The notes under the pieces: generated by a model
Told to the model about the DNA's origin: nothing
Databases searched by the model: none
The model's input: the letters and a program-made list of their open reading frames with translations, nothing else
Assembly: GCA_963845755.1 (NCBI GenBank)
Contig: CAWJTV010000015.1
Coordinates: forward strand, 1 to 64,000
Length of the DNA stretch: 64,000 nt
Direction: 5' to 3'
From: an uncultured Planctomycetota bacterium
GTDB lineage: Bacteria; Planctomycetota; Planctomycetia; Isosphaerales; Isosphaeraceae
Translations under genes and position numbers: made by a program
Shown: in pieces, positions 10,536-21,077 of the stretch
Layout: the number at the start of each line of letters is the position of its first letter
Position numbering within the stretch: position 1 is the first letter of the stretch

Positions 10536-11282
10536 CTAGGGGTGCCCTTGGGCCCGCTCGAGCAGGCTGTCAACGTCGGACCAGAGCGATTGCCATTCCT
10601 TCCGCTCGGGCTCGGGGAGCCTGGCCAGGGCCTCAGGGTCGCGGACGGCGGCCAGATTGGTGTCGACCTTCCTCTGCTTGAGGTTCTGGACGACCTGGGC
10701 TCGCGCGCCCAAGTCGCCGCCATCTATCAGCTTCGAACAGGCGTCGCGCTCGGCCTTGAGCCAGTCGAGGGCCTGCGACCGCATCGGTGCCGAAGGGTGC
10801 AGCCAGACGACCGTGCCCCTCTTGCCGGCCAGCTCGTGCCACTTCCGGTACATTGCCAGGGCCCCTGCGTCGTCGCCGCGAGATTTGAGGATCCCGCCAA
10901 GGTTGGAGTGTGCTTCAGCGTAGTTGGGCTTGAGACGGATCGCCTCGCGGGACTCGGCGCTGGCCTCGTCGAGTTTGCCCTGACCCTTCAGAGCGCTGCC
11001 GAGATTGCCGTGCGCCTCGGCATGGTCAGGCATGAGCCGGATCGCCTCGCGGGACTCGGCGACGGCCTCATCCAGCTTGCCCTGTCCCTTCAGGGCGTTG
11101 CCCAGGCCGTAGTGGCCTTCGGCGTCGTCAGGCTTGAGCCGGATCGCCTCGCGGTAGGCGGCGACGGCCTCGTCCAGTTTGTACTTCCACATCAGGTTGT
11201 TGCCGAGGCGGCAGTAGCTATCGGCGTGATCGGGAGCGAGTCGAATCGCCGAGCGGGATCCGGCGATGGCCTTCACCAGCAT
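10536..11282 (-). CDS. TPR repeat protein / duplicated kinase C-terminal module
   Basis: 34-aa repeats (REAIRLxPDxAExHxNLGxAL..QGKLDEA) followed by QALDWL...VRDPEALARLPEPERKEWQSLW. Confidence 0.8.
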   Translation of the reverse strand: MLVKAIAGSRSAIRLAPDHADSYCRLGNNLMWKYKLDEAVAAYREAIRLKPDDAEGHYGLGNALKGQGKLDEAVAESREAIRLMPDHAEAHGNLGSALKGQGKLDEASAESREAIRLKPNYAEAHSNLGGILKSRGDDAGALAMYRKWHELAGKRGTVVWLHPSAPMRSQALDWLKAERDACSKLIDGGDLGARAQVVQNLKQRKVDTNLAAVRDPEALARLPEPERKEWQSLWSDVDSLLERAQGHP

Positions 11283-11285
11283 GCG

Positions 11286-14200
11286 TTAGCGCTCCGCTTC
11301 CTTGCCTATCTCCTTCATAGAATCGGCGCCGATGATATCGAAAAAGGCATCGATCTCCGCCCAGAGCGATTGCCATTGCTTCCGCTCGGCTTCGGGGATC
11401 TTGGAGAGAGCGGTGGCGTCCCGGAATCCGGCCAGGTCGCTGCACTCCTTCAAGTGCCTGAGCCCCCCAAAGTTGTAGCCGCGGGCATATCCGCCGATTG
11501 TTGATCTCGAGCACCGCCCGAGGTCGGCGCGGAGCCAGTCGCGGGCCTCGGCGCTGAGCCGGTTCCTGGCGGCCTCGTCGGGGCGCGGGTCGTCCTCGCC
11601 CTGAGCGATAGCAGCCAGGGCGGCGGGGCAGGCGGCGTGGTGCCTGGTGAAGGTGTCCCCGTAGATCATGTAGATACCAGCATGCGTTGGCTTGTCCCCG
11701 CCGAGCCTGGGGTCGATTTTCATCGCCTCGGCCCAGAACCGCGCGGCGGCGGCGAACCGTCTCGTGTCAAAGCACATCCGAGCCAGGTCCAGGCGCTCGG
11801 CGTTGTCTTTCGGGGAGGATTCGCCCTTCAGGACGACGGTAAGACGCTCGGCCAGCGCCGCCCGCCGTTCGGCCTCGACGACCCACAACCTCGAGGGGTG
11901 GGGCCAGCCGGGCTGTTTGCTGCCCAGCTCGTGCACCCTTCGGAGCAGGGCGAGCGACCCGGCGTAGTCGCCTCGAGCCCGGAGGATTCCGCCCAGATTG
12001 AGGTGGGCCACGGCGTTGTCGGGCTCGAGTCGGATCGCCTCGCGGTAGGAGGCGATAACCTCGTCCAGTTTCCCCTGGGCCTTCAGGGCGAGGACGAGGG
12101 CGGAGTAGTACCTGGCGACTTCGGGCCTGATCTGGATCGCCTTGCGGTAGACGGCGATGGCCCTGGCCCTGTCGAGCGGGCCTCCATCTTTCAGCGAATC
12201 GCCGAGCAAGTAGCTGTACTCGGCGATCGCTTGATCCAGCGTGCCATACTCCATGGTTAATGAACCCGGGGGACCGGGCCAGTGCGAGCCCCGGCTGGGG
12301 TCGAGCCGCTTCACCGTGTGGAGTTCGGCGATGACCTCCTCGAACTTGCCCTGTCGCGCCAGAGGAAAGACGCGATTGTAGTGGGCCGTGGCGACGACGG
12401 TGGGCCTGAGCCGTTCCGCCTCGCGCTCGGCGGCCTCGGCGGCTGCGAGCGCCTCGCTCGCCTCCCTGGCCAGCCCCTTGGCCTTGAGCAACCGGCCCAG
12501 GCAGCCGAGGATCGTGGCGTTGCCGGGGCGAAGAGCGTTGAGATCGCGGTGCACGGCGAGGGACTCGTCAGAATCGCCCCGCTTCTCCAGGGCATGGGCC
12601 AGCTCATGGGCGGTTTCGGGTCGGATCGCTCGTGCCGCCGTGTAGAAGCGAATGGCCTCGTCGAGCCTGCCCCGGCGGAATTCCAGCACCTTCCCCAGCT
12701 CGTGGTTGATCCAGACATCACCGGGATAGAGCTGCTGGGCCCTCCGCAGCACCGACTCGGCCACCGTGCCATCGTCCGTGCTACGCTGCATCAGAGCGGA
12801 GCCCAGCAAGTGCAGGCTGATCGGGCCCAACTCCTCGAACTTGGCCGCCCTGGCCAGGGCCTGCAATGCTTGTTTCTCATGCGCCAGGTTCTGAAAGGAA
12901 TTCTGGAATCTGTCCCGCAGCGCGTTGCGCCAGGGGTCGGGGTCGGCGACGCGGGCGGCCTCAATCAATGCCGGCAGATTGCGTCTGGCCCCGCCTTTCG
13001 TTCTGCAAATGTTCGCCCAGTCGTCAAGCGCCGTGGCCAGGGCCAGTGCCACCGACGGCCGGCGAGCCTTGATCCTGGCCCCCGCCTCGGCCGCTTTCGG
13101 GCTGCCGAAATCGATCCCGGCCGCGCGGAAGGCCTCGGCGTAGTCGTGGTCGGTGATCGAGCCGTCCGGGTCGTCGGCTTCCGCCGCGCGGATAGCGACC
13201 ACGCGATCGAGCAGCGTCTTGTCGCGCTGGGCCGCGTCCAGCCCGGCCTGGATCTGCGTGCGCAAGGCCAGCAGACAGGGCGCGGCGCCCTCATCGCCGG
13301 CGGCTTCCGCCTGTTTGACAGCGGCCAGTGCGACCTGCCACCGCGTGAGGTCCTCGGGGTTGGCGCTGGCCTCCTTGAGGAGCGTGTCCGCCCGGCTCAC
13401 GACCCGGTCGCTCGCCGCCTCCCGCTCGATCTGCTGCCGGACCCGTTCGGCCCGCTGCTCGATCTGCTGCCGCTCCTGTTCGGCCCGCTGCTGGAGGTAG
13501 TACGTCGTGCTCAGCCCCCCCAGCGTGATCAAGGCCAGGACCGACGCCGCCAGCGCGAGCTGCACCTTGCGCCGCCGCCGCTCCTCGATCGCTCGCGCCA
13601 CGGCCACGGCGCGCTCGCGCTCGGCCGCCTGCACTCGCTCCTGCACGCCCGCCTGGTAGGACGTGATCCGGTCGGCCACCTCCTTGGCGTCGCGCGGCCG
13701 GCCCTCGGGCTCGACCGCAAGGCAATCCTTCGCCAGGGCGATCAGCTCGGCCTCGGAACCGCAGCCGTCCAGCCGCGCTACCGCGTCGGCCGTGGCGCCG
13801 TCGGCCGCCTTGCGGAGGATCTCCGTCCCGGCCCGGCCCGTGAACGCCGGCTTCGCGGTGAGGACCTCGCAGAGGATCGAGCCCAGGGCGAAGACGTCGG
13901 CCCGCTCGTCGATCCGATCGGTCTGGCCCCGCGCCTGCTCGGGGGGCATGTAGCTCGGCGTGCCCATGATCGAGCCGGCGCGGGAGAGATCCCGGTCCGA
14001 GCCGCTCCCCGCCGTCGTGATCAGGGTCTCCTGGGGCAGCTCCTTCCCCGCCCTCGCATCGGCGTCAACCCCGCCTCGCGGCAGGACCCGTGCCAGGCCC
14101 CAGTCCATCACCTGGACCTCGCCGAAGCTGCCGACCATCACGTTCGAGGGCTTCAGGTCGCGATGGATCACGCCGCGGGTGTGGGAGTAGGCCATCGTCT

Positions 14201-14817
14201 GCGCGATGGCGGCGAAGATCGACAGGAACCGGGGCAGGTCGTCGGCCGGCCCGGAGCGGGCCTCGAGCAGGTCGGCCAGCGTCTGCCCTTTCACCAGCTT
14301 CATGCTGAAGAACGGCCGGCGGTCGGCGAAGGTGCCCAGCTCGTAGATCGGCACCACCCCCGGGTGCTGGAGCTGGCCGCCGATCTGCGCCTCCTCGACG
14401 AAGCGGCGGACCAGGTCGGCCTTGTCGCGGAGGTCGGCTCGCAGGACCTTGATCGCGACGTCGCGGCCCAGGTCGGGGTCGCGGCCCTTGAGGACGGCGC
14501 CCATGCCGCCGCGGGCGATCTCGCCGTCGATCCGGTAGCGGATCGACGTGTCGGCGTCGGTGGCATCGGGTCGGACGACCGGCCCCGGGGTCTCGTCGGG
14601 CGCCGTGTCGCGCAGAAGAACGCGGGGGACGGTGCCGATGCTCTGGGAGATGGTCTCGAGGACGCCGGGTCCGGCCGGCTCGACGATGCCAGTCGCCTCG
14701 TGCGACGAGGCGACATGCTGGGGAGCGCGGCCCCATCAGGCAATTGGGGCAGAGCCCGCGCGGGGCGTTGGCGGGCAGCGTCGCGCCGCAATCCGGGCAC
14801 GTTCGTTCAGATTTCAT
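11286..14817 (-). CDS. Ser/Thr protein kinase with N-terminal zinc ribbon, TM segment and TPR repeats (frameshift near 14725)
   Basis: CPDC..CPNC, GEIARGGMG, VAIK, HRDLKPSN, DWGLA, GTPSYMPPEQ; TM helix; TPR repeats. Confidence 0.92.
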
Positions 14818-14958
14818 GGCAAAGTCCTCCCCGGGTTCCCGATGACCCCTCGTCGTCGTCCTCTACACATCAGAACGGGAAATCGCCCCCGAGGTCACAC
14901 GAATCCGCGCGGATTTATCGACACTCCTCGCGGATCGCCACCGCCGGAGGCTCCCCCA

Positions 14959-15080
14959 CTCGTTCCCACGGTCCCCCGTGGGAATGCCGTCTGCGACGCT
15001 CCGCGTCGTCCGACCGGGATCGCATCCCAGAGGACGCCGAGCGTCCCGGACGGCATTCCCACGCAGAGCGTGGGAACGAG
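14959..15080. repeat. REP-like palindromic repeat
   Basis: CTCGTTCCCACG..CGTGGGAATGCCGTC ... GACGGCATTCCCACGCAGAGCGTGGGAACGAG nested inverted repeats between the sigma and kinase genes. Confidence 0.85.
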
Positions 15081-15145
15081 TTTAAGTCCTTTGCTGTCTC
15101 CAGGTTATCATGAAAGCCCTGTGGTGTTCGGCAAGGAGTCTCGAT

Positions 15146-15886
15146 TTATCGAGCGAGGGCTGCGAACAGGGCCCGGACCTCGTCTTCGACTTCGGCCGGG
15201 TCGGCCACCGTGCGGGCGATCTCCTCGCGGAGGATCTCGCCGTACCGTTTTCTTAGGCGCGAGGCGGCCATCTTGACGGCCCCCTCGGTCATCCCCAGCT
15301 CGGCGGCGATGGAGGAGAGCGGGATATCGCCCCGACCCCCGGTCAGGGTCGGGAGCAGGTGGGACATCAGGGCGGACTTCCCGGCCGCTGTCGATTCGGC
15401 CTCCAGTCGCGCGACGGCGTTCTCCAGCAGGCCGGTGGCCCAGCGCCGCTCGAACAGCCGCTCGGCCGTCCAGTCGTTGACTGGCTCGGCCGAGTAACGG
15501 CCTTCCGCAACGATGCGATCGATGGGGATCGGCACGGCACCGCCGCCCCGCTTGGCGGCCCGGTCGCGATCGCGGCAGTCGGCCAGATGATGGGCACAGG
15601 CGGCCATCAGGAACGAACGGAATCGGCCGCGTTCCGGCGCGACCGCCGCCAGGCCGTCGCGGTCCAGGAGGGTGAGGAACGTGCCCTGGACGAGGTCGGC
15701 GGCCTCGTCGGGCGGATGTCCCTTGCGACGGACGAAGGCGTAGAGGGGATACCAGTAGGCCGAGCACAGCGCGGCCAGGGCCTCGCGGGCCGCGGGGCCG
15801 GCGCGATCACCGGCGGCGACGACCTGGCTCCATCGCGTCGTCGGGAACGGGGCATTCGATGACGTTTCGGGACGCGATGCGGGCAC
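15146..15886 (-). CDS. ECF sigma-70 factor, planctomycete kinase-associated type
   Basis: FPTTRWS, YWYPLYAFVRR, RGRFRSFL, region 4 IAAELGMTEGAVKMAASRLRKRY; GTG at 15886 with a GAGG RBS. Confidence 0.9.
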   Translation of the reverse strand: MPASRPETSSNAPFPTTRWSQVVAAGDRAGPAAREALAALCSAYWYPLYAFVRRKGHPPDEAADLVQGTFLTLLDRDGLAAVAPERGRFRSFLMAACAHHLADCRDRDRAAKRGGGAVPIPIDRIVAEGRYSAEPVNDWTAERLFERRWATGLLENAVARLEAESTAAGKSALMSHLLPTLTGGRGDIPLSSIAAELGMTEGAVKMAASRLRKRYGEILREEIARTVADPAEVEDEVRALFAALAR

Positions 15887-16200
15887 GGTTGACCTCGCCA
15901 CCAGCTCGGGAGCCAGCGTGAATTCGCATCTTCGCCGATCCACGCGTCAGCGTACTCTACGGCATGTCGGACCGGCGTCGCAACCGGCGGCTGCGAGAAC
16001 GCGCCTCGACCGGTCCGGGTCCGGGAGCCGAGGCGCTCGATCCGCCACGGCTCGTGAGGGCGCCTGCGTGACTCGGCCCAGCACGAACTGGTCGCTGTGG
16101 GCAGGGACTTCGCGGCCGGTCACTGGCGATGGCGCCTGGGAGGCGAGCCTGCCGGACGGGGCAAATCCCCGCCGGGCGAGCGGGGGGCTGGGGTGGTAAG

Positions 16201-17518
16201 GGCGCGCTCAACAATAAGTTACCGAAATTGGTATTGACGGACGACGGCAGGTTGGATGATATTTCCGAGGATGCCGAACACACAAGTCGTCGAATGGATT
16301 CGTGAGAAGTATTCCGCGATTGTCGGGGACTTGGATGAGCGCGCTCGAAGGCGATGGGCCGCAGTGGAGGCGCGGTCGCTCGGTTGGGGCGGCATCGAAG
16401 CGGTGGCTGCTGCTACAGGGATGTCGGACCGCACGATTCGAACCGGGATTCGGGAACTGGATGATCTCAACTCGCCACCGCCGACCCAACAACGCCGGTC
16501 TGGCGGCGGCCGTAAATGCCGCGAGTCCGAGCAGCCGAAGCTCGTCGAAGCCCTGCAGAAGCTGGTCGATGCCGGCGCGCGAGGCGACCCCATGTCGCCA
16601 CTCCGATGGACGTGTAAGAGCACGCGGACGTTGGCGGATGAGCTGGCGCGAGACGGGTTCGCGGTGAGCGCCAACACGGTGGGCCGACTCCTGCATGAGT
16701 GCGGCTATAGCCTGCAAGCCAACCGCAAGACGATCGAAGGCAAGCAGCATCCGGATCGTGATGCACAATTCCGACACATCAGCAAGCGAGTCACCGCCTT
16801 CCAGCGTGCGGGACAGCCGACCATATCGGTGGATACGAAGAAGAAAGAGCCCCTGGGAAATCTCAAGAATCCGGGTCGCAGTTACCGGAGGAAGGGAGAC
16901 CCCAAGAAGGTCAAGACCCATGACTTCCCGGACAAGAAGCTCGGCAAGGCGGTGCCGTACGGGGTCTACGACCTGGCCCACAACGAAGCCGGCGTGTCGG
17001 TGGGGATCAGCCACGATACGGCCGAGTTCGCGGTCGCCGCGATTCGTCGCTGGTGGGAGCGCCTGGGGCAACCCAGATATCCGCGAGCGACGCGGTTGCT
17101 GATCACGGCCGACAGTGGGGGCAGCAACAGCCCGCGAACGCGCCTCTGGAGGTGGGCCGTTCAACAGTTCGCCAACGAAACGGGCCTGGCAGTGGAACTT
17201 TGCCACTATCCACCGGGCACGAGCAAGTGGAACAAGATCGAGCATCGGCTCTTTTGCCACATCACCCGCAATTGGCGAGGTGTTCCCCTGGAGACCTTGG
17301 AGATCGTCGTCAAGCTGATCGGCTGCACGCGAACCAAGGAGGGCCTGGAAGTTCACGCTTGGCTCGACGAGAATCACTACCAGAAGGCAAAGACCGTATC
17401 CAGTATGCAATTATCCGAAGTCCTCATACGCCGTAACAGTTTTCACGGCGAGTGGAATTATCAGATACGACCGCACAGAAAACAGAGCCAAATTCGGTAA
17501 CTTATTGTTAAGCGCGCC
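16201..17518 (+). mobile_element. Intact ISAzo13-family insertion sequence
   Basis: 31-bp TIRs GGCGCGCTyAACAATAAGTTACCGAAwTTGG flanked by TAAG direct repeats (16197-16200, 17519-17522). Confidence 0.92.
16271..17500 (+). CDS. ISAzo13-family transposase
   Basis: GDPMSPLRWTCKS, ISVDTKKKE, LLITADSGGSN, PPGTSKWNKIEHRLF, FHGEWNY. Confidence 0.93.
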   Translation: MPNTQVVEWIREKYSAIVGDLDERARRRWAAVEARSLGWGGIEAVAAATGMSDRTIRTGIRELDDLNSPPPTQQRRSGGGRKCRESEQPKLVEALQKLVDAGARGDPMSPLRWTCKSTRTLADELARDGFAVSANTVGRLLHECGYSLQANRKTIEGKQHPDRDAQFRHISKRVTAFQRAGQPTISVDTKKKEPLGNLKNPGRSYRRKGDPKKVKTHDFPDKKLGKAVPYGVYDLAHNEAGVSVGISHDTAEFAVAAIRRWWERLGQPRYPRATRLLITADSGGSNSPRTRLWRWAVQQFANETGLAVELCHYPPGTSKWNKIEHRLFCHITRNWRGVPLETLEIVVKLIGCTRTKEGLEVHAWLDENHYQKAKTVSSMQLSEVLIRRNSFHGEWNYQIRPHRKQSQIR

Positions 17519-17656
17519 TAAGTCCCCGTGGCGTTCGGGTCGGGCGGGTCGGAAAGGGGCAGTCCCCGGGGAAAGAGCTGGAATCCGGCGCCCCATCGCC
17601 GGGAGCCACTTCCGTCCCGCTGGTCGTCATGAGGGGAAGGAGTCCCCCTGGCCCTC

Positions 17657-18849
17657 CTAACGCGACGCCGCGGTCGATTCCAGACCGTCGTGCTCAGGTC
17701 GATTCCTCCAGGGCTTTGATGAGCGTCGGTAGGGCCCGATGCCCCTTGACCCGGCGGAACTTCCTCTCGGCGCGCAACAGCCCCGCCACGCACGACCGCC
17801 GCCGCATGTCGCCGTCACGCCAGCGGGTCACGCGCGCCGTCACACGCCGCCTCACCGAGAGGGCCGGCTCGATCGGGTTGGTCGTCGCCAGCGTCCGCCG
17901 CAGCGCCCCCGGCACGCCCAACCGCACCACCGTCAGCGTCTCCTCCAACAAAGGTTGAAGGCTGAAGGCTGAATGAATTCCGTTCGGACTCATCCTTCAT
18001 CCTTCCACGAATGTCCAGGCCCCGCGCTTGCAGGTCCTCCAGCAGCGCCACACAGACCGTGGCGTTCTCGGTGGCGCCTTGGCGCAGGCCGAGGACGCGC
18101 TCGGTGCCATCCGCGGTGATCCTCGCCGCCACGATCATCGTCTCGCCAGCGTACTCGACGCCATCGATCATGAGCTCCGGGAAGCTCGTGCCGTCGAAAC
18201 GGCGTTCGGCCAGGGCCTTGACCTGCGCCGCGGAGGCCCGGACAAAGTCCCGGCTGACGCTGGATTTCTTGACTCCGAAGCCGTCCGGTGTGAGGTCGAT
18301 AACGTCGGCATAATCACGAGTGCTCACACCACGGGCCATTCGGCGAAGCACGGCCTCGGGCATGGCATCGGGAAATTGCAGTCGGACGTAGGTCTCCATC
18401 GAGACCTCGCCGCCCCCGTCGGTGCCCTGCACGCGGGGACGGGCGATGGGGATCTTCTGACCAGCGAGGGTCGCCGTACCGCGTTGGTGGCCGTACCGGG
18501 TGTGTGTCCGGTGGGGCTGACGCTCATAGCGTGGCCCGCACAGCCGCGTCACCTCGTCCTCCAGGAGGCTCGAGGCGACCAGCATGCCCAGTTTGAGCGC
18601 CAACCTCTCCAGGGAATCCTGCATCAGGCCGAGCAACTCATCGCGATCAGGGAGAGCTGGATCTCGCGGTCGGCTGCCCCGATGGGGACAGCAGGCTGGG
18701 CCGGCTCGGGCTTGTGGGAGTCGTGTCGCTTCGCATCGGCTCGTTTCAAGGCGGTTCCTCTTTCCTCGTCAAGGGAAAAGCCGCGTCCAGTCTAGCGACC
18801 GGACGGGAGGAGCCGCCCACTTCACTTTTCAACTAAGATCGGGACACCC
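17657..18849 (-). pseudogene. IS256-family element with internally deleted transposase
   Basis: EDEVTRLCGPRY, RGVSTRDY, LMIDG, GLRQGATEN, then a jump to LEETLTV...TTNPIE...AERKFRRVKG; left end GGGTGTCCCGATCTTAGTTGAAAAGTG at 18849. Confidence 0.88.
17950..18008. repeat. Heptamer-repeat hairpin element
   Basis: AAGGTTG-AAGGCTG-AAGGCTG ... CATCCTT-CATCCTT at the IS256 deletion junction. Confidence 0.75.
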
Positions 18850-19096
18850 TCAGATCCTGGTCGAACCCGACGCGCCGTACCCGGAGTGAATTCCCGGGCC
18901 GCGATCATATTTAGGATCACTGATGCTTATGCTTGCCGTGCGTCTACCGTTTTCTGCCGTCCAGCATCCCTGACGGCTGACGTGGCGATTTCCGCAAATA
19001 CCGATGAAGACCGAGGTTGTGAGTTCGACAGAGAGAATACTTGATAGCACGCGATCATTTGGCGTAACATATTGATCGGCATCGAGGTTGCGGCGT

Positions 19097-19163
19097 GGGG
19101 ACTTGGGTTCTGAGCTTGCCTCTCACGGTGGAAGTCGCAGGTTTCGAATCCCGCGCTGTCCCT
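19097..19163 (+). pseudogene. Degenerate tRNA-like sequence (CTC/Glu-like anticodon loop)
   Basis: CTCTCAC loop, T-arm GCAGG-TTTCGAAT-CCCGC, GGGAC/GTCCC ends; D-arm and anticodon stem are poor. Confidence 0.45.
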
Positions 19164-19496
19164 TAGACTTACGGCGATTACTGCCCCGATCCTTCAGGAA
19201 TCGTCGTTGATCTGAGGGTAAATCGGCACGGTGGACGTCTATCCCGAGTCACAGAGACCGGGACGTGACCAACCTGTCAGGCGTCATTCGCCACGGGTGG
19301 CCATTGACGGCGGGTTCTCGCGACGAGAGTTCCGGCATCACGTCGTCGATTCAAGCGTCCAGCACGCGACCAGCCTCGGGGATTGACGAACGGCAACGGC
19401 TTTTGGTTCCTGACTTTATTGAATCTCCCCTGACTCTTTTGCTTCCCCCATTCGCGTGTGATTGATGGCCGCAGGGTTGATCCGTCCCCGTGAGGC

Positions 19497-20387
19497 ATGC
19501 CGATCGTCATGAGTGAGGAAGCCAGCGAAGTCCCGGCGTTCGCGTGCTGCTCGGTCGGGATCGGCCGTTGGTTCTGGGTCGCTTGGGAGAGCGAGTCCGA
19601 CGCCCGATCCCTCGCGCCCGCCCTGGCCTCGGGATACGAGTCGTCCGCCGCCCGAGCCGAGGGGAAGGCCGTCGAGCGGGTCGGCCGCGAGCTGAAACGA
19701 CTTCCCGGCAAGTGGGCGTCCGGTTACAAACGTCGCGGTGGCCTCGGGGGCCGCGCGCCGAACACGGAGGGAACGGCCGGGGACGGCGACGCGATCAGGC
19801 CCAGGGCCCGAATCGGTCGCCCGGGCGGACTCTCCAGGCGGGACGACGGAGCGACCCGTCTCGCGTTCCTGTATTCCGCGGCCGAGCGCGAGCCGCCCGA
19901 TTCGCTCGGGCACGTCGCGGTGGCCAGACATCGGATTGTGAGGCAGAACGCCAGAAAGATTTACGTCAACTGCGATCCCTTCGACGAGGACGAATGGGCA
20001 CGTCGAGGTGAACGAGGCGGGGAACCGTCGGGAGACGCGCCGAAGACGCGCACCCTGGCCGTCGATCGCGTCACGCTGAGGACGGAGGGGCGATTCCGCC
20101 GCCGCCATGCCCGGCGCGATCTGTTCTTCTACGCCAGCGAGCAGGACGGCATCCGAGACGTGGAGGCGGGCCTGACGGCGAAGTACGCCTGGTGCGCCAC
20201 GCTCGGCGTACAGTTCCCTTGCTCGGCGGACTCCATCAAGGCCGCCTACCGACGATTGGCCTTGACTTCACACCCGGACGCCGGCGGCGATCCCGCAGAA
20301 TTCCGCACAATCGAGCAGGCCTATCGCGAGGCCCTCGCTTACTTCGCTCAGGCTGCCGACGCAACATCCCTCTCCGGTCCCGGATAA
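19497..20387 (+). CDS. C-terminal J-domain protein
   Basis: LGVQFPCSADSIKAAYRRLALTSHPDAGGDPAEFRTIEQAY (HPD motif). Confidence 0.85.
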   Translation: MPIVMSEEASEVPAFACCSVGIGRWFWVAWESESDARSLAPALASGYESSAARAEGKAVERVGRELKRLPGKWASGYKRRGGLGGRAPNTEGTAGDGDAIRPRARIGRPGGLSRRDDGATRLAFLYSAAEREPPDSLGHVAVARHRIVRQNARKIYVNCDPFDEDEWARRGERGGEPSGDAPKTRTLAVDRVTLRTEGRFRRRHARRDLFFYASEQDGIRDVEAGLTAKYAWCATLGVQFPCSADSIKAAYRRLALTSHPDAGGDPAEFRTIEQAYREALAYFAQAADATSLSGPG

Positions 20388-20629
20388 CCGGGTGATTGCC
20401 ACACCAATACCGTCATAAAGCCGCTGATCGCCTCGCTGGGCCCGAGAAAGACAAGAGAATCGTCGATCTGCTGAGTTGACGATTCCCTTCGTCGGAAACC
20501 GGTTGCGTAGCCCATCTGGACGAAACAATCGGCAGAATCAGTAGAATTGCTAAAGTTACTCCCTTGCGACGACGATCCTATCCCAGATCGGGCGCGTGCC
20601 CGTCCAGACCATCACAGGGGAGAGAACTC

Positions 20630-21055
20630 ATGGCTCGTCCATCGATCCGTGCGGCGGTCGTCTCGGTTGCATTTCTGGCCTTCGCGACTTCAACGCTGCT
20701 CGCCGGGCCGAACCGGGTCAACTCCATCGAGCGTTTCGGGATTGGCGGCTACATCCAACCGGTCGGGCTGCACCACGGGTTCCACATCGAACGCATTGCG
20801 CCTGACTCCGCCGCCCAGAAGGACAGGCTCCAGCCGCACGACGTCATCGTCAAGGTTGATGGCGAGCCCATCCGTAGCATCGATCACCTGCGGGCGGTCC
20901 TTGCCGAGGCATTCGCGGACGACGGCGAGGTGACAATCACCTACATCCGGGGCGGCTCGCTCGTTCACCACGATCTCCACTGCAACGTCAAGAAGGCTAC
21001 AGCGAAGACTGCCAAGAAACGTAAGACCGATCCGGACGACGTAGAGATTCGCTGA
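20630..21055 (+). CDS. Secreted PDZ-domain protein
   Basis: Signal peptide; IERIAPDSAAQKDRLQPHDVIVKVDGEPI. Confidence 0.85.
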   Translation: MARPSIRAAVVSVAFLAFATSTLLAGPNRVNSIERFGIGGYIQPVGLHHGFHIERIAPDSAAQKDRLQPHDVIVKVDGEPIRSIDHLRAVLAEAFADDGEVTITYIRGGSLVHHDLHCNVKKATAKTAKKRKTDPDDVEIR

Positions 21056-21077
21056 ATCGGCGGCAGAAGCAACGGCG

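Noticed and set aside
10920..11180. 102-nt tandem repeats that might suggest an array
   Set aside because: They encode 34-aa TPR repeats; no repeat-spacer structure.
12282..15113. 943-aa plus-strand ORF and many similar long antisense ORFs
   Set aside because: Shadow ORFs opposite well-supported genes, expected in GC-rich DNA.
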